Shown here: positions 56,351-64,000 of the stretch, piece after piece
Position numbering within the stretch: position 1 is the stretch's first letter
How the letters are laid out: each line of letters opens with the position of its first letter
NCBI GenBank assembly: GCA_977017575.1
Contig: CDRNVI010000099.1
Coordinates: forward strand, 186,001 to 250,000
Direction of reading: 5' to 3'
DNA length: 64,000 nt
DNA from: Paramoeba atlantica
Lineage: Eukaryota > Protista > Discosea
Notes under the pieces: model-generated
What the model was told of the DNA's origin: nothing
Databases searched by the model: none
The model's input: only the letters and a program-made list of their open reading frames with translations
Position numbers and translations under genes: made by a program

Positions 56351-57286
56351 TCAACTGAGAAGGGTAATTCGAGTATTATCTACCCATGAAATCAATCCAG
56401 CGGGAAGATTAGCCTTGTTTAATGTGCCAGATAGATCAGCATTATTTGATAAAAATAGAAACCGCATCGTGAGTGGAAAATTTCCGAAACGAAGTTCTCC
56501 TGAAAAATCGTTGTCATTCAATGCAAGGCAATGTAATGACCTTGGGAATTCATGAATATGCACGGCACCAGTAAACCTGTTACCATGCAAATCAAGCACA
56601 AGAAGACTAGAAGGTAGGTTGCAAAAACTAACATTGCCAAAAAAATGATTACGATCAAGCTGTAGCTGTTTCAGACTTGCGGGAAGTGACGTTAAGTCCA
56701 CGGTGCTCGAAAAATGGTTACACCCTAGAGTAAGTCTTGAAATAGTAACCGGAAGTGTACTCAAACATATTTCCCCCGCTAGTGCATTTTGGAACACGCT
56801 CAGCTCTCTCATACCAAATCGTAGGGAGGATAAGTCTATGTTGCCCACAAAGGTATTCTTGTCGAGAATAAATTTTTCCAGCCCTTCAGGCAGGTTAGCT
56901 AGAGATACCTCACCCTTGAAGCCATTAATCCGGAGATTGCAATTTACAAGCGTATGAGGTAAATGAATCAAATGGAGCACTCCGCGGTAGTAATTCGTTG
57001 GCCCGAACGAGAAAGCATTATCCCAGCCTATTCCAGTCACTACACGGTGTTCGCTGCAGATGACACCATCCCACTCGCAGGCTGCGATTTCGACATTCCA
57101 CGTCGCATGCGGATTCTCAATGTCTCGTATGCATTGCATGAGCTTAATTTCTTGAGGAAGATTGGCAGAATGAACCTTGGAAGGTTTCCGTAACACAGGG
57201 TCCTTCGTGTGACTAATCTTTTCATCCGAAATATTGCAGTCGAGAAAAAGTTTGCGCCGTTTAGGAGAAGGTTCTCGCAGATCCAT
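56351..57286 (-). CDS. leucine-rich repeat protein (expanded family)
   Basis: SKVHSANLPQE leader, ACEWDGVIC cap, about 9 LRRs. Confidence 0.9.
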   Translation of the reverse strand: MDLREPSPKRRKLFLDCNISDEKISHTKDPVLRKPSKVHSANLPQEIKLMQCIRDIENPHATWNVEIAACEWDGVICSEHRVVTGIGWDNAFSFGPTNYYRGVLHLIHLPHTLVNCNLRINGFKGEVSLANLPEGLEKFILDKNTFVGNIDLSSLRFGMRELSVFQNALAGEICLSTLPVTISRLTLGCNHFSSTVDLTSLPASLKQLQLDRNHFFGNVSFCNLPSSLLVLDLHGNRFTGAVHIHEFPRSLHCLALNDNDFSGELRFGNFPLTMRFLFLSNNADLSGTLNKANLPAGLISWVDNTRITLLS

Positions 57287-58208
57287 GATACGTGAAAATG
57301 TATTTCCAAACTTCTACTGACGATATTCATGATTCCTGGCACCTGCCCAACACTGATTCTTAAGCAAGTGTTTAAAAAGAAATTAATGTAATGATGTGTC
57401 CTTTTAAATCTAATGACGTTTGACATTAGCGTAAAGCAAAAAAAGTATAGGCAATGGAAGCGTTCGATGAAAAATTATGGAGCGGACAGCCTATTCGACA
57501 TCAGTGTAGGTGTCACTGATGTTACCTATTCGCAGCTGGCTAATTAATATCGGCGGCAAAGTAGTTGGTCGGCACGACGACGAATGAGAGTTATCGTGGT
57601 TGTTGTCCCCTTTCAGGTTCCAAGCACACAATTCTTTGTTCGCTCTCTAATTGGGATGGGGGGTTGCGCAACCAATGGTTTCCCTTTTGTACATTAGGAT
57701 GTCCAAAACTATTACTACCAGACAGGTGTCTGGTACCTACATCATATGGTACGTATATCATATGGACTCGGACACGCCTGCTGCATAAGGCATGTACCTA
57801 TGATAGTTCGACCCACAGTTCTCATATAGGGTACGAGCATACGGGCGGCATTGCACAAAGCACTATGTGGACCATAGTGTCAAGCGAACTTTTGATACTA
57901 GCTGAATATTTTCAGGAATAAACGCGAAAAAACAAGGTTGTTTCCTGAAAAGTACAACTGTGATAGATTTTGTGGAAGGTTCGCGACGTCCAGTTTTCTG
58001 CAGAATTAGTTCTAAGAACACTTCACTTTTCGCTATAAGAAAGGAAGAAATTCCAAAGTATTTCTAGAAAAAGTATTGTGTTCGACCAGGAAAAGTAGAT
58101 ACAGGGCCGTTCGAGATTCACAGAGGAAAGACTTTATGAGCTACGTGACCACTTTTTGATTGATCTTTTTTGCAAAGTATTCGGATATACATAGAGAAGC
58201 TGAATCAA

Positions 58209-59567
58209 CTATTAAAACCTCTTATTCGTAGTCTTCCGACCCCTGCATTTTTTTTCCATCACTTTTTCCTCGTTTTCTTAGGACGACAAAAAAAAATATT
58301 TTTTGACGACTTAAAAATTTCTTTTCTACTTTAACTATGGAAAACCTTTACGACTCAGAATCCGATCCCGAAGTGGTTTCTCCTCCTGAATCTCAACAAA
58401 GCAATGAAGACTGTACATCTAGCGACAGTTACACGTGCACAACATTTGCCGAGGGCAATGATCCTGATTGGAATTCTGAGGACCTGTCCAGTGATGATTC
58501 AACCACGAGTGACACGGAATCTAAGGATTTTATGGATTATATTACGAATCTGCGCTCCTGCGCGGAAATGCCTAATGCAGATACAAATTCTACCCATGCA
58601 GACTCTCCCAAAGAAACACTTATCCAGGAAGATTTGCCTTTTGAACATGAATTGGTCAAAACGGTTTCAGAACTCAAGGAGTCATGCACTGCTTTCTCTC
58701 TGGTTGCTCCTCCGGACGATACAATACCCCCCTCGGCAAATCATATTTTTGAAGCGCCCTCCGTTCAGGAAACTCCTTTGATTTTCTGTTATGTGTCAAT
58801 TGCGGAGCTCAATACATTGCGGCTTTGCGATCTCTAAAACAGCAGCTTCCCCGCATCTTAGAGCAAAGAAGCCAGGAAGCCAGGAAAGCGGAGAACACAA
58901 AAGGCGGAAGACCGTGGAAGAAAAGAAATTTTAATCGGTTGGGATTACCCGTCATATGGAAGGGAAAGGATAGACTCACAAAGACTGACGTTTTTACACT
59001 AAAAGTTTTACATTCCGCGGGTTTTTTCTCTCAAGCCGATTTGTGTCACATGTTGTCGTTAAATAGTGGCACGTGCAGTGTTCTCTTACGCAAAACAAAT
59101 ACTTTTGTTGATCAGGAAATAAAAAGTGTAGTGTACGCGCAAAATTCTTTGAAGAATTGGGAACATTTCAATAAAGCTCAAGATCTTTTCGCGACCGTCA
59201 TGGCGAAGCACAAAACTGTTATGGTGTGCTTTTGATGTAGATGGAATAGTATTGTGGCACTGGTGCGATGATCTTGAAGAGTTTTACTGTAAAGAACCTG
59301 CCAAAAGACCCTTGAATAGTGGAATTGGGGGAAATATTACAAAGCAGTGATTCTTGAAAAGATGTGGAAACCGTAATCTTAAAAGAGCGTTTCTGAAGAA
59401 TTTCTAAGATCGCACAACGCCAAAGTTGAATGTAAAAAACTGCACTTGTCATTTCGAGATCGCCTTGAGGAATGCAAGAGACTTGAAGGTAAAAAAACCA
59501 AGTACTGAGTAGTGATTCCCCTTCCTTATGCAGGGGTGGGTACGAAAATATGGGGGAGGGTCAATAC
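58209..59567 (+). mobile_element. decayed Tc1/mariner-like element with acidic N-terminal ORF
   Basis: HTH-like ORF 58825-59235; frameshifted LWCAFDVDGIV (Tc1 VMVWG.F..G); C-terminus SFRDRLEECKRLEGKKTKY*; imperfect IRs around gacccctgcat / atgcaggggtgg. Confidence 0.55.
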
Positions 59568-59896
59568 CGTTCATCCATTTTACACGTTACACTCCTCAAA
59601 GTCCTCCCAAGCATTTGTTTGATCAACTCTAAGCCCTCTATAAGTATGTAAGATGTTAAATCGCCAGAAAAGTAAGTGTCGAGAGGTCGATGGTTCATTT
59701 ATCCTACCGAAATTTTCACAAATTTTATGTTTTTCCCTACGCCACACGTCGGGCACCTGGCAGCTTTTGTGTATATCTATAGTTGATTCAGTAAGCCTTC
59801 ATCCTAAACTTCTCTTTTGCACCCTTTAAACGCAAAAACATTCTTCCGCGCCCAAAATAAACGTCCTTGGAAATGACCCTAACGGCCCTGTATTCG

Positions 59897-62800
59897 TTAT
59901 TCTGCCAGCGAAAAAATCATGTCCCAGTCTTCACCAATCAAGACATGTACTTTTTCAGCAGTGAGCACATGTGAGACGTTTCGATCGTAGCGAAATTGAA
60001 TATTCCGTGTCCCATGTTCTTGGATTGCATCAATGACAGGAACCTCTGATTGAATTTCTTCCATGACGAGCTTTTCAGCGGGTATCGTAGCCTTCACAAC
60101 TTCCACTCGACTTACATTGACCGGAGCGCCCAATATTATGATTTTCTCGAATACAAGTTTGCGGAACTCCGCTCCGTGCAGAGGATGCTGCAGTAGAGTG
60201 CGATTCGTATGTGTATGGTGTGAAGTCGTGAAATTTTCTCGACTTTTTAGCTTTACAGCCGTCGCTCGGTTGGATAAACGCAATACAGTCGTATCCGAAG
60301 AACCGTCTGCGTGTCTCCTGATCTCGCGCGTTAACTTGAAGCTTCGATGCACGAAATTCCCATCTCGATAAAGAAATGTTTCTCCATCGTCCTCATAAAG
60401 TTCTCCTTTCGCCAGCAATGTTATCTGCGAATCACGTGTGTCCCACTGCAAACATTTGTTTCCATGCCCTGCACTTTTCTCATCCTTTAGTACATGTTCT
60501 CCATCCGGGTCAATGGTGAGAAGCAGCGTAAGAGGGTCTCGTCGCGAGGCAGCCGTACTCCGCCGTACCCCATAGCGTACCGGGAGAACGCTTCCCGCAC
60601 GAAGAAACAACGGAATATCTTGGATCCCAACCGCACATTCCACATTTCCACCTCCTGCATATTGCACACCACTGGGGTAGGCATACCAAACCAACGGCCT
60701 CCTCACCTGCGAAAATCCAACCGTTTCGTTTTCTCTCCTATCAATTTCATCTTCAACAGCCCGATTTCTCGTGTTATTCCCTTTATCCGACGCTTCGTAC
60801 CGTTCCACGCCCCTTGGTAACGCGCAGGACACGGATCCCGCATTCGCACGTAACACAGGACACACCAACAACGCGCTCCCCATCATAAACAACGACTGCA
60901 GGTCCGCAAGGTCCTTTTCCTGGGGAAATTCCACAAAAAGCGGTCGCATCAACGGCATCCCTTTTCCGTGACATTCCACATATAAGGTGGTATAAAAGTA
61001 AGGAAGAAAAAAATAGCGCCACTTGAGCGCTTGTCGAATCGCTGCCAGTGTGCGGGTGGGCTGATTTTTATCCGTTTTTGCTTTGGTATCCCAACTCCAC
61101 GGCTCGCGTCGTTTCGTCTCGATATGCCCATGGGCGCGGCAAAACGGATAGAACGCCCCAAGCTGGTACCACCGGGTCGCGAGCTCGGGCCCGGGGTTGC
61201 CGAAGAACCCCGGGATGTCGGCCCCCACAAAGGGGAGATTAGAAACGGAGAGGGAGAGGAGCATGGGGAGGGATTGGGCTAAGTGGGACCAACTCGCGTG
61301 GTTGTCTCCGGTCCACACCGCCGCAAAGCGTTGGGTCCCCGCGAAGAAGCTCCGGGTGAGAAGAAAAGGACGGGGGAGGTAGGAGGGGGGGTGCGCGTTG
61401 CTGTTCCTTCTCCCGCTCTCCCAGGCGAGAGGACCCTCACCAGGATTCCCATCCCAATGGTTGCTCGAAGAAGAACAGGGGAGGGTCTTTTGATTCATAA
61501 AAAAGGAAAAGATGGAAGAATCGGATTGTTGCGCTCTTTGGTTTTGTAATGTGTTTTGCGACACAGAAGTTTGGATGGGGGTAGAAAAGGAAGGAGAGGG
61601 AGGTGCTCGAAGAAGATTACGCTGGAGTAATCCCTGGTACGTTGCCATGGTGTGGTAGAATCCGTACAAGTTGTGAACCTCGCGATGAGGCACAAGGTGT
61701 AGTGGCGCAGGCTCGGAGGATGCATTCCCAGCATAACGTTTGGTCATGTTTGGCACGTCTGCGTTTGCAAACCCATTTTCTACGGGAGTATCATTCCGAT
61801 GGAGGGAGTCCAGCAAGCTTCCGTGAGGGATAAGATGCAACGCAGATCCGTCCAACGTGCCATCCGGGCCGTCAAACACGCTGGGTTCATTCATATCTAT
61901 CCAGGTATGCAGCGTAGGCGTCGAGCCGTGATATTTTTCATACGAGAACAGACTTGCATACCACGACCGAGCCTTTGGGTTGAGATAATCTATCCAACTA
62001 CTCGAGCCTGGCCAACACTTGCCCTCGTAGTCGACAAGGTCCGCGTGGAGCCGAGATTCGTCAACGCTTCTCTGCGTGCTGTCTTCTTCACTAGGAGGAA
62101 CCGTGAGGGCTCCTTCCTTGTGCGTGGAAGACCTCCTGGCCGCGGTTTTCACGTAAAAGTTATTCCGCGTGGCTTCCTCATGAACAAAGAAATCCATGTC
62201 TCGTTTAATATGCGGATCTGTGATGGCAACCATGTAGCGTCCTTTTGCCGCCAGCGCGTGTTGCATTTTCTCGGGCTCCGGGAAGTTGTGCGTGTCCCAG
62301 GTGAAGTACTTTTTACGATCGGTGTGTTCAATGTCAAGCCAAAGCACGTCGTAGGGTAGATTATGTTCGTCAAATGTGGCATCGACTTGTAGAACGTCCT
62401 CCACGTCGTTGTAATTCCATCGGCTCTGATGATACCCAAGAGCAAAATACGGAGGAAGGAATGGCGCACCCGTAATTGACGCATGTTGAGAAAAAACCTC
62501 TTTCGGTGTCTGTCCGGGAAACATGAAGAAGTCCAGTATGCCTCCTTGACTTTTCCATAGAGTATGTTTCCCAAATCCACGACGCTGTGAACACGCATCG
62601 GTTTCCTGAGCCTCACAGTCAGCCACTTTCCCACTCTCTTCGTTCGCGAGCGATTCAACGGTGACATTCGTATCCCCACCATGTAACCAGAGAAATCCGG
62701 AGTACGACGTGTGAACTGTTGAATCCTGTGACGTGTTCCCTTGCTGGCGAGCCATCACAAAGGGAATACTACCATACAGAGGGCCTGGGTCGTGTAGCTT

Positions 62801-63478
62801 ATACTTGAACACATCTTTGTTGTAGAGACCGTAAGTTTGGTCCGGAAGAGCAAAATCGGTGGAGTGTTCGGGCAAGCCATAAAGGTGAGTGGCAGAGGGA
62901 AAGAAAACGGATCCGGTAATAAAATTCGTTTCGTAGTTTTCGCTCGCGCTCTCCTGATTTGCCCTGGGGGAGCTATAAATACCTGTAACGTTTGAGAGTG
63001 GGAAGGCCGCGCGCAGAACTAGGTGTGGGGAATTGTCTGTATGCGAATAAAAATAAATAGAAATGTTCTCTGCTAAACAACTAGTTCGATTCGCATTGTT
63101 TGCTTCAGTTGCTTTAAAAAACTCCAGGTAGAGTTTAACAGAGCTCTTGCCTGACACGCTATGTATCGTGTATTCATGAGGTCCGCATTGATTGACGCGT
63201 TCCTGTGCTATTGGCTCATGCCCAGATAGCCTATGACTCGTTACCACGTCGTGGTTGAAAAACTCAAAGGATCTCTTATCCCCTGACTTATGCCCAGGGT
63301 GATACCGAATCCGAAAGATATTGATAGGATATTCTTCGATACGGAGTATTCCACCCGCTGGAGCTGGAAGCACCACATCTAACGGCAACGCGTACTGCGG
63401 CACCCTATTAACGTGTGCATAGCACAGTAAAACTGAGAGAGCATAAAGTAACGACGTGTTAAAAAACATGAATGACAC
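59897..63478 (-). CDS. GANAB: glucosidase II alpha subunit (glycoside hydrolase family 31)
   Basis: Signal-peptide-like N-terminus; YGLPEH, LGYHQSRWNY, WLDIEHT, WIDMNEPSVF (nucleophile), WTGDN, GADIPGFFGNP, RAHGH, G.P.MRPL. Confidence 0.93.
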   Translation of the reverse strand: MSFMFFNTSLLYALSVLLCYAHVNRVPQYALPLDVVLPAPAGGILRIEEYPINIFRIRYHPGHKSGDKRSFEFFNHDVVTSHRLSGHEPIAQERVNQCGPHEYTIHSVSGKSSVKLYLEFFKATEANNANRTSCLAENISIYFYSHTDNSPHLVLRAAFPLSNVTGIYSSPRANQESASENYETNFITGSVFFPSATHLYGLPEHSTDFALPDQTYGLYNKDVFKYKLHDPGPLYGSIPFVMARQQGNTSQDSTVHTSYSGFLWLHGGDTNVTVESLANEESGKVADCEAQETDACSQRRGFGKHTLWKSQGGILDFFMFPGQTPKEVFSQHASITGAPFLPPYFALGYHQSRWNYNDVEDVLQVDATFDEHNLPYDVLWLDIEHTDRKKYFTWDTHNFPEPEKMQHALAAKGRYMVAITDPHIKRDMDFFVHEEATRNNFYVKTAARRSSTHKEGALTVPPSEEDSTQRSVDESRLHADLVDYEGKCWPGSSSWIDYLNPKARSWYASLFSYEKYHGSTPTLHTWIDMNEPSVFDGPDGTLDGSALHLIPHGSLLDSLHRNDTPVENGFANADVPNMTKRYAGNASSEPAPLHLVPHREVHNLYGFYHTMATYQGLLQRNLLRAPPSPSFSTPIQTSVSQNTLQNQRAQQSDSSIFSFFMNQKTLPCSSSSNHWDGNPGEGPLAWESGRRNSNAHPPSYLPRPFLLTRSFFAGTQRFAAVWTGDNHASWSHLAQSLPMLLSLSVSNLPFVGADIPGFFGNPGPELATRWYQLGAFYPFCRAHGHIETKRREPWSWDTKAKTDKNQPTRTLAAIRQALKWRYFFLPYFYTTLYVECHGKGMPLMRPLFVEFPQEKDLADLQSLFMMGSALLVCPVLRANAGSVSCALPRGVERYEASDKGNNTRNRAVEDEIDRRENETVGFSQVRRPLVWYAYPSGVQYAGGGNVECAVGIQDIPLFLRAGSVLPVRYGVRRSTAASRRDPLTLLLTIDPDGEHVLKDEKSAGHGNKCLQWDTRDSQITLLAKGELYEDDGETFLYRDGNFVHRSFKLTREIRRHADGSSDTTVLRLSNRATAVKLKSRENFTTSHHTHTNRTLLQHPLHGAEFRKLVFEKIIILGAPVNVSRVEVVKATIPAEKLVMEEIQSEVPVIDAIQEHGTRNIQFRYDRNVSHVLTAEKVHVLIGEDWDMIFSLAE

Positions 63479-64000
63479 AAATAAAATATCACCGAGGTAA
63501 TATTTGATACATACGCATCACTTTGAATTACTATACTTATACATATGGTGTAGTATTTCTGTGCAGTATATGAGAAGGGTGTATATGAGAAGTGAGATAA
63601 TTTCTCACTGTAAGCATTTATGTGCAAGCTGCTATTAGAGATATGGCAGACCCCAACTTCTCGTGCAAAGCACTTCAGAATTTCAGGAGAACTAAATGCA
63701 GAGGCCATGATATGCTTGAGCTCCATACTCTCTACCCAAGACTTGCACTGCGAAACAGACGAAAAGGTTTCCCTATGAACGCGAAGAATGGGCACAGTGC
63801 GACTGTGCCGTGTCACTACCGCACTACTTACGATATTAAAGTTTAAAAAAATTGAGCAGACAATAATCATGCTCAAACAATGCGATTCTAAATTTTTTTG
63901 ATGTACATTTCACGATAAAAAAATGTATTTCTCTCGATCATAAGTGTATTTCATCTAATAATAATAATAATAGAGGGGCTGCGGATGACGTAAAGCGCTG

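Noticed and set aside
1-64000. tRNA or rRNA genes; prokaryotic origin of the whole window
   Set aside because: No cloverleaf or rRNA signatures seen; RPB2, SSRP1, ER glucosidase II and the SL core indicate a eukaryote.

Overview
Eukaryotic nuclear DNA, most likely from a kinetoplastid-type euglenozoan (a Perkinsela-like prokinetoplastid is plausible; this is inference). All recognisable host genes are intronless and lie on the minus strand, like a polycistronic cluster; the one plus-strand exception is an inverted LRR fragment at 40.4 kb. Host genes: RPB2, SSRP1/Pob3, glucosidase II alpha (GH31), a TPM-domain protein, two large hypothetical proteins and about ten copies or fragments of a short LRR gene family. 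The intergenic space is dense with mobile DNA: an intact Merlin/IS1595 transposon with TIRs and an 8-bp TSD plus derivatives, Tc1/pogo remnants and MITEs, a full-length but decayed bacterial-type IS30 element, a HERO/NeSL-like RLE retrotransposon, CRE/SLACS-like fragments and a DIRS/VIPER-like RT remnant. The most unusual feature is a dispersed, highly structured ~550-580 nt non-coding element. It starts with a kinetoplastid spliced-leader core and splice donor (ATACAGTTTCTGTAC...TG|GTA), contains a tandem three-way-junction module and ends in an A-tract. There are two full copies and one truncated copy, and one copy appears to truncate an LRR gene. Also notable are a shared N-terminal leader motif in the LRR family and an abrupt C-rich to G-rich sense-strand switch inside four host genes.
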